Numbered from the stretch's first letter, positions 20,389 to 29,700 are shown. The stretch: 64,000 bases of DNA from Candidatus Gastranaerophilales bacterium (GCA_944322675.1 CALUPO010000011.1:1752-65751), one strand, 5' to 3'. Numbers and translations: made by a program. The notes: a model not told the origin generated them from the letters alone.

Positions 20389-23300
20389 TCAACTATTTCT
20401 CAAACCCAAATTTGAAAATAATCCACTATACTGATAGGAACTTTGATTAAACATTTGTTCAATAATTTTATAATCAGCTTCCAATTTTGCCATAAGTTCA
20501 TCATTTTTAGATTTTAAAGAAGAAATTCGATTATTATATTCATCTAATTTATTGTTACTATTTGAATAGATACTTGCAAATTTTCCTTTAACAAACAAAT
20601 CAATAGAAGATACAATTGTATCTTGCAAATTTGACAAATAATTTGTAAAATTCATATTTTCATTTAAAGTATTTAACAATTTATCACTATCAACATTTAA
20701 AACAGAACCTCTTGAACTTTCATCATAACCAAATGTAAAACCAACAATTGACCCGTATGTTCCTTCACTTTGATTAACAACATTATTCATATTTTTTATT
20801 AGCTCATTAATTGCCATTTTATCTGAAAATGATGTAGTGTTATCAATAAGATTATTTATTTTTGAAGCTTGTTTCAAAACATTATTATAAGCATTAACAA
20901 ATTCATCTATAATTTTTTTGTTGCTTTCATCAATTTGTTCATTTACACTATTTATAACATCTTCAATACCTTCTAAAGATCCTCCTTCATTTGATGATGT
21001 TTCTATCTTGATATTAGTTTCTCTTATATCACCAATTTTAAAGTCGTCGTCATTTTTAACTTCAAATGTAACACTTCCATTTTCGTTTCCATTTTCATCA
21101 TATTGGCTTATAGTATAATAAAATTTATTATCAGTTGCATTTTTTGTAATAGTTTGAACTGTTAAAGGATTGCCTTCATTATCAGTTCCTGAAATTTGCA
21201 TTTGATTTTCATTTATTTTTTCTATATTAAGATTATAATTATTGCTGCTTAAATTTCCTGTTTTTTCAATCATTTGAATAATATTTGTTGCACCTGATAA
21301 ATCTTCAATCACTATATCAGGTGTTGCTGCTGTGGCTTCATTAACTGTTATGGTATGTTCACCTAGTTTAAATACATCAATATTAAATGAACCAAGCATA
21401 ACATTTTCATCATTAGATGACATATTTTTTACAATAGTTGAAAATGAAATACCATTATCATCAATAGAACTTGTAATATTTCCTATCTCATAATTTATAC
21501 CATCTTCATTTTTTACAGTTATCGTAACATCATCAGGTAAAGTTTGAACATTTGTATTAGTTGAATATACTCCATCTTTTATGGTAATAAATCCTAAATT
21601 AAGCAAAAAATTTTGTGAATAACCATTTCCCGATGCAAAATCAATATAGCTTAAATACCCGTCAGTCCTTTTTATTTGTAAAGAGCTAGTTATATCATTA
21701 AAAGAAGCTTCAACACCAGTATTAGCGTTATTAATTGCATCAATTAATTGATTTATAGTCCAACTTTGTTTTATTTCAATACTTGGTCCTCCATTTATTG
21801 TAATTGCATCATCCCATGCCAACCCCAAAGCTGATAGATTTTTATAATAATTTCCTGCTTCATCACCTTGAATCTTTGCTTCAAACTGATATTCTTCTAC
21901 AACCGGCTTTAACATATTAACAATTGAGCTTGAACCACTAATTTGAATATTACTACGAGGTATAAAACCGCTATTACTAATAAAGTTTTGTGTTAAAAGA
22001 TCATAATTAAAACCTATTTTTTCTTGCATAAATATTTTAAATGCATCAACTGTGGTATTTGAGTCTATATTAAAAATCTCTTCATTACCATTAATATTAA
22101 TTATTAAATCACCTTCTGTAATTTTATTATTAGAGTCTGTGTCATATGAATAGTTTATTAATTTATCATCAATTGTAGGCGGTGCATCATCACCGGTTTT
22201 CGCATTTATAGTAACTGTTGTATCAACCAAAGATATTAATTGAAAGAAGGCATTATTTCCACTTGTTATATTTCTAATATTAATGGTATTATCACTGCTC
22301 ACTTCAAGACCAAGCCCTTTAACAACATCAAGGACAGTATCACCTTCTTGTGGTGCATAATCTTTTCTAACGTCATTTATTGTGATAGTATATCTTATTT
22401 TAGGATCAACACTATTTGACATTATTGAAGAAATATCTGCTTCCATTGTATAGTCAGAGAGATTATAATAATTTTCTAAATTATTATCATTGAAATCTAA
22501 ATACTTTAATATATAGGTAGTGCTGCCATCTTTGATCGTATATTGGTTTATAGTCGAAGTAAATTTTATATTAGATTCATTAACTTGCATACTAATGCCA
22601 CCATTTGAACCGCCTAAGTAATAAGAATTGCCATAAGTTCCTTCATTCGCTATTGTACCTTCCCATGTTTTTGAATTTGTCCCTAATCCATCATCAATAG
22701 TTAAATTCAATATGCCTGAAAAATTTACGTCTTCAAAATTAGTATAAAATCCTTGGAAATCCGATGTATCAATTGTGCCATTGCTTAATGCACTTGCTAA
22801 AGAATCTAAATTCAAAACATCAACAACACTTCCTTCACTTGTATTTGAGCTTGAAAAGCTTAAACTTTGATATCCTAAACCTGTATTCATTTGAATACTA
22901 ATTTTTCCATTTAAATCTATTGAAGCACCTTTAATAATATTGGACTTATTATTAAGATTGTTTAGAAAATCATTAATTGTAGTCTGTTCATTTATATCAA
23001 TAATTATTTCTTCTGTGTCTCCAACTATAACAGTCACCGTTTCACTTGGTCCTTGAATATTATAGCCAGCCAACTCAAATATTTTTTGACTGCCAATGTG
23101 TTCTTTCTTAAATTTAATATCGTCAAATCCACTAGAAGATTCAGCATAAATAGAATCCCCTGAGACATTTATTGTATAATCTCCAGGTGCAAAAGTTCCT
23201 TCATAATTTCCAACATTTATTGCATATAAATCATTTGAAACAACACCTGCAGGTTTTGAAGCCTGCCCTTTTATTATTAAGTCATTTGTTATTGTAATAA

Positions 23301-23601
23301 GAGAGGAACTGCCTTGTGAAATATTTATATCAGAATTAACTTTATTTTTTAAACCCGCCAGATTTTGAGTTTTTGTCGACAAAATAGCAAGCTGAGATTT
23401 TAAATTGTCAAGATAACTAATTTTATTTGTCAAACTTTGAGCCTTGGATTCATATTTTGATATTAAATTTTGATTTAAACTACTTGTCTTATCAAGCATA
23501 TTTGATTTTATTAAACTAAGTAAATTATCACTTCCATAACCTGAACTGCTTCCCCATAAAGCTTGAGCAGCATATTGATTATAATTTAATAAAGATGACA
23601 T
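20389..23601 (-). CDS. fliD: flagellar filament cap protein FliD, unusually large (about 1070 aa)
   Basis: N-terminus 'LISKYESKAQSLTNKISYLDNLKSQLAILSTKTQNL', central 'IIDEFVNAYNNVLKQ' (cf. E. coli 'IKDWVNAYNSLIDTF'), C-terminus 'LEADYKIIEQMFNQSSYQYSGLF'. Start is ATG 23601 or TTG 23604, after GGAG. Confidence 0.8.
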   Translation of the reverse strand: MSSLLNYNQYAAQALWGSSSGYGSDNLLSLIKSNMLDKTSSLNQNLISKYESKAQSLTNKISYLDNLKSQLAILSTKTQNLAGLKNKVNSDINISQGSSSLITITNDLIIKGQASKPAGVVSNDLYAINVGNYEGTFAPGDYTINVSGDSIYAESSSGFDDIKFKKEHIGSQKIFELAGYNIQGPSETVTVIVGDTEEIIIDINEQTTINDFLNNLNNKSNIIKGASIDLNGKISIQMNTGLGYQSLSFSSSNTSEGSVVDVLNLDSLASALSNGTIDTSDFQGFYTNFEDVNFSGILNLTIDDGLGTNSKTWEGTIANEGTYGNSYYLGGSNGGISMQVNESNIKFTSTINQYTIKDGSTTYILKYLDFNDNNLENYYNLSDYTMEADISSIMSNSVDPKIRYTITINDVRKDYAPQEGDTVLDVVKGLGLEVSSDNTINIRNITSGNNAFFQLISLVDTTVTINAKTGDDAPPTIDDKLINYSYDTDSNNKITEGDLIININGNEEIFNIDSNTTVDAFKIFMQEKIGFNYDLLTQNFISNSGFIPRSNIQISGSSSIVNMLKPVVEEYQFEAKIQGDEAGNYYKNLSALGLAWDDAITINGGPSIEIKQSWTINQLIDAINNANTGVEASFNDITSSLQIKRTDGYLSYIDFASGNGYSQNFLLNLGFITIKDGVYSTNTNVQTLPDDVTITVKNEDGINYEIGNITSSIDDNGISFSTIVKNMSSNDENVMLGSFNIDVFKLGEHTITVNEATAATPDIVIEDLSGATNIIQMIEKTGNLSSNNYNLNIEKINENQMQISGTDNEGNPLTVQTITKNATDNKFYYTISQYDENGNENGSVTFEVKNDDDFKIGDIRETNIKIETSSNEGGSLEGIEDVINSVNEQIDESNKKIIDEFVNAYNNVLKQASKINNLIDNTTSFSDKMAINELIKNMNNVVNQSEGTYGSIVGFTFGYDESSRGSVLNVDSDKLLNTLNENMNFTNYLSNLQDTIVSSIDLFVKGKFASIYSNSNNKLDEYNNRISSLKSKNDELMAKLEADYKIIEQMFNQSSYQYSGLFSNLGLRNS

Positions 23602-23682
23602 CAAAAAATCACTCCAAACTTTATATATTATAACTATTCCACATTTATTGTAGTAGTAAACACAATGTTAAGTTTTATATAT

Positions 23683-23711
23683 TTTACTTTTTATAAAACA
23701 AGTGATATAAT
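23683..23711 (+). promoter_or_regulatory. extended -10 promoter (TTTACT-N17-TGaTATAAT) for the candidate ncRNA
   Basis: TTTACT at 23683-23688, a 17-nt spacer ending in TGA, and TATAAT at 23706-23711. Confidence 0.5.
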
Positions 23712-23717
23712 ACTTAC

Positions 23718-23983
23718 TAGCTTTATACGGGTTCAATTTTGTTCCTACATCTTTATAAATAGGGTACAAGTTGCTCTTTTAATACCGAAGTAGACCGGGG
23801 GGATTATGTATTTTAATCATAAACCCAAAAAATTTAGGGAATAATGTATATATGTATTTAAATTATAAATATCTATATAGTATTAAAATAAATATCCTCA
23901 TTGCCGGAAATGGAATGTATTTAGGCGCTAACCCACCTGCAGGAGCTTTGCAGGTAACAAAATCACCCGTATAGGGCTTTTTT
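23718..23983 (+). ncRNA. candidate structured small RNA (about 265 nt), class unknown, 6S-like rod possible
   Basis: A 13-bp terminal helix pairs 23720-23732 (gctttatacgggt) with 23965-23977 (acccgtatagggc). It contains two G-U pairs that only work on the + strand. A 7-bp extension pairs 23737-23743 with 23956-23962. A T6 run (23778... i.e. 23978-23983) follows the helix. GC-richer segments flank an AT-rich core. Confidence 0.5.
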
Positions 23984-24029
23984 ATATATTATTTAAATGG
24001 TTGAATTGTCTTTATTTATAAAATAAATA

Positions 24030-24038
24030 TGGTATAAT
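24030..24038 (+). promoter_or_regulatory. extended -10 element (TGgTATAAT) upstream of the response-regulator gene
   Basis: TGGTATAAT at 24030-24038, downstream of the ncRNA terminator and 38 nt upstream of the ATG at 24076. Confidence 0.4.
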
Positions 24039-24075
24039 TATTTTTATAAAAATTAAAAGTAAATACGGAAATATT

Positions 24076-25206
24076 ATGCAACAAGTCTCAAATGAAAATA
24101 AAGGAACAAATGTAAATTCATTAAAAGAATCTTTAGATGGTCTTTTTAATATAAGTAATTTAATCACAAAACCAACTATATTAATAGTTGATGATGAAGA
24201 AAATAATCTTCAACTTTTAGTTCGCACATTTAGATCAAGTTATTCTATCTTAACGGCACAAAATGGTGAAGAAGCTTGTGAAATTGTAAATAAACAAGGT
24301 GAAAATATTTCACTTATTATAACCGACCAGATTATGCCTGTTATGACAGGTGTTCAATTCCTCAAAAAAATTACACCACAATATCCTAATATTGTAAAAA
24401 TATTATTAACGGGCTATTCTGATTCAAATGATATTATTGATGCAATTAACCATTGTAATATATACCAATATGTCTTAAAACCATTCACTCCAACGGATTT
24501 AAAGTTTATTGTAAGTCAAGCATTAACCAAATATAATCTTGCAAAATCAAACCTTTTAATGATAAAAGACTTAAAAGAATTATTTTATAACACTTTAAAA
24601 GCAATATCATCAGCACTTGATTCAAAAGATCCTTATACTCATGGTCATTCAATGCGTGTTACAATGTATTCACTTATCCTTGCAAGAAAGCTTAATTTAG
24701 ATGATAAAATGCTTGAAGAAATAGAAACAGCAGGTTTACTTCATGATATCGGTAAAATAGGTATACCACAAAACATATTATGTAAACCCGGTAAGTTAAC
24801 AGATGAAGAATTTGCCATTATGAAATCACATCCAGAGAAAGGTGAAAAAATTCTTATGGGAATTAAGAGATTATCCATCATTTCAAATTGGCTCAAAACT
24901 CATCATGAAAGATGGGATGGCAAAGGCTATCCTCTTGGCTTAAAAGGTGAAGAAATACCATTTTCATCAAGAATTATTGCACTTGCCGACACTTATGATG
25001 CAATGACTTCAACACGTTCCTACCGTAAAGCACTTACTCATGAAATTGCTATTTCAGAAATTGAAAAATGTGCAGGAACTCAATTTGACCCTAACTTAGC
25101 TAAAATGTTTGTTGAAGTGCAAGATGAAATCCTCGAAGCAAAAAATAACCCCGAGGAATATTACAAAAAATATAGCTATATCTATAAAAACTCTAAATTT
25201 ATATAG
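24076..25206 (+). CDS. response regulator with receiver + HD-GYP output domain (RpfG-like)
   Basis: Receiver 'ILIVDDEENNLQLL...IITDQIMPVMTG...KILLTGYSD'. Output 'LLHDIGKIGIP' and 'HHERWDGKGYP'. Confidence 0.9.
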   Translation: MQQVSNENKGTNVNSLKESLDGLFNISNLITKPTILIVDDEENNLQLLVRTFRSSYSILTAQNGEEACEIVNKQGENISLIITDQIMPVMTGVQFLKKITPQYPNIVKILLTGYSDSNDIIDAINHCNIYQYVLKPFTPTDLKFIVSQALTKYNLAKSNLLMIKDLKELFYNTLKAISSALDSKDPYTHGHSMRVTMYSLILARKLNLDDKMLEEIETAGLLHDIGKIGIPQNILCKPGKLTDEEFAIMKSHPEKGEKILMGIKRLSIISNWLKTHHERWDGKGYPLGLKGEEIPFSSRIIALADTYDAMTSTRSYRKALTHEIAISEIEKCAGTQFDPNLAKMFVEVQDEILEAKNNPEEYYKKYSYIYKNSKFI

Positions 25207-25244
25207 ATATTTTTATGTGCATTTTCTTGTATACAAAAGAAAAC

Positions 25245-25604
25245 CTACACACAAGCACTAAAGCCACCGCCTCCGCCGGAGCAGCCGCCTCCACCACCGG
25301 ATGAAGAACCCGAACAACCACCTCCACCACCTGAGCCGGATGATGCTGAAGATGAACTGCCGCTACTTCCACCTGAGCAATCCGCACCACCACCCCCGGA
25401 TGCACTTGATGATGTCGAAGAAGATGAATATACACCTGCACTTGCTACGCTGCTTGAATTTGTAAATAATGAAGCTAGTGAACCTGATGTTTCTGTGTTA
25501 TTTGAAGCTAGTGAACCTGATGTTTCTGTATTGTTTGATGCAGTTCCCTGCATTGTATTATTTGTTTGTCTAAAATTTGATGCTGTGCTAAAACCTAATG
25601 CCAT
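25245..25604 (-). CDS. Gly/Ser/Cys-rich small protein (119 aa); possible azole-type RiPP precursor or low-complexity protein
   Basis: Strong SD (AAGGGAG, 8 nt before the ATG). The C-terminal 50 aa are 'GGGGADCSGGSSGSSSSASSGSGGGGGCSGSSSGGGGGCSGGGGGFSACV'. Local GC-rich island in an AT-rich genome. Confidence 0.6.
   Translation of the reverse strand: MALGFSTASNFRQTNNTMQGTASNNTETSGSLASNNTETSGSLASLFTNSSSVASAGVYSSSSTSSSASGGGGADCSGGSSGSSSSASSGSGGGGGCSGSSSGGGGGCSGGGGGFSACV
25471..25536. repeat. 2 x 33-bp tandem repeat inside the Gly/Ser/Cys-rich gene
   Basis: gaagctagtgaacctgatgtttctgt(g/a)tt(a/g)ttt occurs twice (25471-25503, 25504-25536), encoding SNNTETSGSLA x2. Confidence 0.9.
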
Positions 25605-25609
25605 AAAAA

Positions 25610-25660
25610 AACTCCCTTACTATTTATTTAATATATATATATAAAAAAATATAGGGAGTT
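25610..25660 (-). promoter_or_regulatory. hairpin that can sequester the SD of the Gly/Ser/Cys-rich gene
   Basis: On the minus-strand mRNA, AACUCCCU (25660-25653) is the exact complement of AGGGAGUU (25617-25610). The latter contains the SD and is followed by a U-run and the ATG. The loop is about 35 nt of pure A/U. Confidence 0.45.
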
Positions 25661-25716
25661 AAAATTTCACGTTTTATTTATTTTGTTACAATTCTTTACA
25701 ATAGCTAAAAAAATAA

Positions 25717-26886
25717 CTATACTTTTAAACCTTTTAAGTCATCTAATTTTATCATATTTTGATCACAATAAGCATACACATTTTTTGCATTAGATTTATA
25801 TGCATCATTTGCAACTTTAATATATCTTTTTTTAATGAAAGTCATAAAAGTATCTTCATCTTTATACTTTTTCTTATGTTCTCTTATAACCTTACCTTGT
25901 CTATCATATAAAGACACACTAGCTTCATGTTTTGTATCATCTTTTTCAAAATGGCTTTCAACAACTTTATTTTGCCCATCTTCTAAATCGCTATAATAAT
26001 TTGTTTGTTTATAGTCAAAAGATATCCCATTTTGAGGATTATGATATTTATAGGAACCAGGAGGAACAATATTTCCATTTTTATCTTCTTTTAAAACCAT
26101 ATATGAACCATCGGTAACTTCTGTCATTTTTGGTGTAAGAACTGTAGTACTTTTCAATTTTCCATCTTTATTATAAAAATTTAAATTAAATATATTATCT
26201 TTACTACGTTGAAGCTTAAAATATTCACCAGTTTTATGATTTGTAAGAGTATCCTCATTTATATCAGTATTGTAATACCTTGATGCTATTTTTTTTGTTA
26301 ATGCAACATTTTCATTAGCTTCAACAAAATCATTCAACATATTATTTTTTTCATCTTTAGTTTTCAATTTAACAACACTTTCATATTGAACATCTTGAGG
26401 ATCTTTATTAAAGAAAGTAGTAAACTTATAAGAAGCGGGATTATCTTTAGATACCTCAACATTGTATAATGGAAGAGTATAATTATAAAAACTTCTGCTA
26501 TCAGAATAGGTTATAACTAAAGGTTCAACAGGATTTGCAGGTTCAAGACTCATTACACCTTCATTATTTTTATTCATATTAAAATAATATACAATATCTT
26601 TATAATTTACCTTTAATTGATTCTCATTATTTTTTAAATCACCACTTTGATTAAATTTAGAAAAACTGCCATCCGAGCTTTCTGGTAAACTATAATCAAT
26701 TTTATTTTTTGAAAGCTTAACATTAAGGTTTTTTACTGAAATATCATTTTTTTTTGACATTTTTTTTATTTTATCTTTATTTTCAAGAAGAGTTGATACA
26801 ACCAATTTTCCATTTTCTGATTTTGTTTTTAACCCATTTTTTATTTGCTGTGCCGGTTTAAAAGTTATGCGCTGAACTGAAGACAT
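25717..26886 (-). CDS. hypothetical protein (389 aa), no recognisable domain
   Basis: ATG 9 nt after AAGGAG. Lys/Asn/Tyr-rich and predicted beta-rich, with no signal peptide seen. Lies upstream of, and on the same strand as, the Gly/Ser/Cys-rich gene. Confidence 0.6.
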   Translation of the reverse strand: MSSVQRITFKPAQQIKNGLKTKSENGKLVVSTLLENKDKIKKMSKKNDISVKNLNVKLSKNKIDYSLPESSDGSFSKFNQSGDLKNNENQLKVNYKDIVYYFNMNKNNEGVMSLEPANPVEPLVITYSDSRSFYNYTLPLYNVEVSKDNPASYKFTTFFNKDPQDVQYESVVKLKTKDEKNNMLNDFVEANENVALTKKIASRYYNTDINEDTLTNHKTGEYFKLQRSKDNIFNLNFYNKDGKLKSTTVLTPKMTEVTDGSYMVLKEDKNGNIVPPGSYKYHNPQNGISFDYKQTNYYSDLEDGQNKVVESHFEKDDTKHEASVSLYDRQGKVIREHKKKYKDEDTFMTFIKKRYIKVANDAYKSNAKNVYAYCDQNMIKLDDLKGLKV

Positions 26887-26988
26887 AGATAATTTCTCCT
26901 TATGTTAATACAATAGTAATTGTAACACAACCAACTTCAATAGTAAAGTTATGATTAAGAATTATTAAATTATTTATAATTAATAAAA

Positions 26989-29646
26989 TTAAAATTTATC
27001 TATAATTGTCTTATATAAAGCATCAAAAGTTACTTTAAAATCAATATCATTGTCAACAGATGCTGATCCTTGTGCATAATTTGGTTTTCCACCACCTTTT
27101 CCACCAATTTTTTCAAGAATTTGATTTAAAATAACTTTTGCATCCAAATTACTCTTAATATATTTATCACTTATTTTTACAATAACTGAAACTTTATTAT
27201 TGTCGTTGTTAATATCTCTATTCTTAGATGCTAAAACAATAATACTTTCTTTATATCTATCACTTAACATATCAACTACATTTTTTAAATATTTAGGATT
27301 AACATCATTTATAAATTTTATAAGTATTTTTCCATTACCATCATTTAAATCACAAAATTCATTATAAAGCTCACTTATTTTAGATTTAATAATATCAGAT
27401 TCAAGTTTTATTATTTGCTTTTCTAAATTTTTACTATCAACAATTAACTTATTAACACGACTTAAAATTTCATCAGGTCTAGCTTTTAACAATTCAACTA
27501 ATTTATCAAGTTCAATAGCTTTTTTGTTAATATATTCTATTGCAAAATTTTCGCAACAAGCCTCAATACGCCTAACACCACTTGATATTGCAGACTCTTG
27601 CAGTATTTTTACATATTTTAACTCACTTGTATTTTTAACATGGGTGCCGCCGCATAACTCACAAGATACATCACCTATTTTCACAACTCTTACTTTTGCA
27701 TCATATTTTTCATTAAACAATGCCATTGCACCTGTTTTTTTTGCTTCATCAATATCCATAATTTGAGTATTTTGAGCTAGATTTTCATTTACCCAATTAT
27801 TTATAATATTTTCAACTTCAAATAAATTATCTTTCGTTAAAGCATGAGAATACGAGAAGTCAAATCTTGTTCTTCCTTCTTCAACCTGAGAACCCATTTG
27901 ATGAACCTCATTGCCTAAAACTTTTATTAAAGCTGCCTGAAGTAAGTGTGCTAATGTATGATGACAAGCTATATTTTGTCTTTTTTCTTTATCAACTTGA
28001 GATAAAACAATATCATTAACTTTAATTTCACCTTTTAAAATTTTAATCCTATGAACAAATAATTTATTAACCTTAAAAACATTAACAACTTTGCCTTCAA
28101 AATTATCATTATATATTTTTCCACTATCACAAATTTGTCCGCCGCTTGTTGCATAAAATGGTGTTTTGTCTAAAATTATATCTAATATCTTTTCATCATT
28201 TTTATTTTCAACTATTGCTACAACCTTTGAATCATTTTCAAATAAGTTTTGATAACCTGTAAAATTTGTAATTCCATATTTATTTTCAATTTCAACATAA
28301 ACTAAATCATCTGTTAAAATAACTTTTTGAGCGGCATCTTTGGCTCTTTGCTTTTGTTCTTTCATACAACGATTAAAGCCTTCAATATCAACTTTAACAT
28401 TATTTTCATTTGCTATTTCAACTGTTAACTCAAGCGGAAATCCGAATGTATCGTACAATTTAAAAGCATTTTCACCACTTATCATCTTATCATTTTGGTT
28501 TAGAAGTTCATTTAATAATTTTTCACCACGTTGAAGTGTTCCTTGGAATTTTTCTTCCTCTTCCTTAATTACACTAATAATTTTATCTCGTTTTTCTTCT
28601 AATTCAGGGTATACTTTTTTATATTTATCAATAACGAAAGAAACAAGATTAAACAAATTAGGCAGTTTTATACCAAGAATCATAGCATGTCTTAAAGCAC
28701 GTCTTAAAATCATCCTTAAAACGTAATTACGACCTTCGTTGCCTGGTATTAAACCATCAGATACCATAAATGTACAACATCTAATATGATCAGCAATAAT
28801 ACGTAAACTAATATCAGTTTTTTCAGATTTATGATATTCAATATTTGCAAGTTTTGCAACTTCTTCCAAAATAGGAAACAATAAATCTGTTTCAAATGTT
28901 GAACTTTTGCCTTGACATACCATAGCGATACGCTCTAAGCCCATTCCGGTATCAACGTTTTTTTTCTCCAAAGGAGACAATTTGCCATCTTCATCTTGAA
29001 ATAATTCCATAAAAACAAGGTTCCATATTTCAACCCATCTATCACACTCGCAAGTTGAGATAGAACAATTAGGCGAGCATTTATACTCTTCTCCTAAGTC
29101 ATAATGTATTTCAGTACATGGTCCACAAGGCCCTGTTGGTCCCGGAGGTCCCCAAAAATTATCCTTCTTTCCTTTACGAATAATACGTTTTTCATCAATA
29201 CCAACAACTTCATGCCATATTTTAAACGCTTCGTCATCATCTTTGTATATTGTTATATATAGCCTATCTTTATCGAGTTTCAAATATTCAGTTACAAATT
29301 CCCAAGCCCAAGGAATAACTTCTTTTTTAAAATAGTCACCGAAACTAAAATTTCCAAGCATTTCAAAAAAAGTGTGGTGTCTTGGAGTTCTACCCACATT
29401 TTCAATATCAGAATCCTTGCCTCCGGCTCTTGCACATTTTTGACAACTTGTTGCTCTTGGTGGATTATATGGAGCTTTTTTTAACCCTAAAAATATAGGA
29501 ACAAATTGTAACATTCCTGCTGTAGTTAACAAAACCGTAGGATTATCAGGTACTAAACTTGAACTTTTAACTATTGTACAATTATGTTTTTCATTAAAAT
29601 AATTTAAAAACATACTACGTATTTGCTCTCCGGTTAATTTTTCCAT
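26989..29646 (-). CDS. alaS: alanine--tRNA ligase
   Basis: 885 aa. 'HHTFFEMLGNFSFGDYFK', editing-domain 'HTLAHLL' and 'CGGTH'. Confidence 0.97.
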   Translation of the reverse strand: MEKLTGEQIRSMFLNYFNEKHNCTIVKSSSLVPDNPTVLLTTAGMLQFVPIFLGLKKAPYNPPRATSCQKCARAGGKDSDIENVGRTPRHHTFFEMLGNFSFGDYFKKEVIPWAWEFVTEYLKLDKDRLYITIYKDDDEAFKIWHEVVGIDEKRIIRKGKKDNFWGPPGPTGPCGPCTEIHYDLGEEYKCSPNCSISTCECDRWVEIWNLVFMELFQDEDGKLSPLEKKNVDTGMGLERIAMVCQGKSSTFETDLLFPILEEVAKLANIEYHKSEKTDISLRIIADHIRCCTFMVSDGLIPGNEGRNYVLRMILRRALRHAMILGIKLPNLFNLVSFVIDKYKKVYPELEEKRDKIISVIKEEEEKFQGTLQRGEKLLNELLNQNDKMISGENAFKLYDTFGFPLELTVEIANENNVKVDIEGFNRCMKEQKQRAKDAAQKVILTDDLVYVEIENKYGITNFTGYQNLFENDSKVVAIVENKNDEKILDIILDKTPFYATSGGQICDSGKIYNDNFEGKVVNVFKVNKLFVHRIKILKGEIKVNDIVLSQVDKEKRQNIACHHTLAHLLQAALIKVLGNEVHQMGSQVEEGRTRFDFSYSHALTKDNLFEVENIINNWVNENLAQNTQIMDIDEAKKTGAMALFNEKYDAKVRVVKIGDVSCELCGGTHVKNTSELKYVKILQESAISSGVRRIEACCENFAIEYINKKAIELDKLVELLKARPDEILSRVNKLIVDSKNLEKQIIKLESDIIKSKISELYNEFCDLNDGNGKILIKFINDVNPKYLKNVVDMLSDRYKESIIVLASKNRDINNDNNKVSVIVKISDKYIKSNLDAKVILNQILEKIGGKGGGKPNYAQGSASVDNDIDFKVTFDALYKTIIDKF

Positions 29647-29700
29647 ATTACCACCTTATTCTTTAACTTTCTTAATTTTATTTTATTATAAAAATAAATA

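Noticed and set aside
23718-23983. Identification of the candidate ncRNA as SRP RNA, tmRNA, RNase P RNA or a c-di-GMP riboswitch
   Set aside because: I could not find the SRP helix-8 GGAA/AGCAGC motif, a tmRNA acceptor/T-arm with CCA end and tag ORF, the RNase P 'GAGGAAAGUCC' block, or the GEMM 'GCAAA...GGACGCAAAGCC' core. The downstream gene has its own promoter after the terminator. 6S-like remains only a possibility.
25199-25441. 80-aa ORF (His/Val/Pro-rich) on the minus strand overlapping the Gly/Ser/Cys-rich gene
   Set aside because: It is an alternative frame of the same GC-rich repeat DNA and has no SD. It overlaps the 3' end of the convergent response-regulator gene. It is a shadow ORF produced by GGN/GCN periodicity.
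25245-26886. Calling the peptide plus its 389-aa neighbour a complete TOMM/LAP biosynthetic cluster
   Set aside because: No YcaO, E1-like, FMN-dehydrogenase or transporter signature is visible in the neighbour or anywhere else in the window. I report only the precursor-like peptide.
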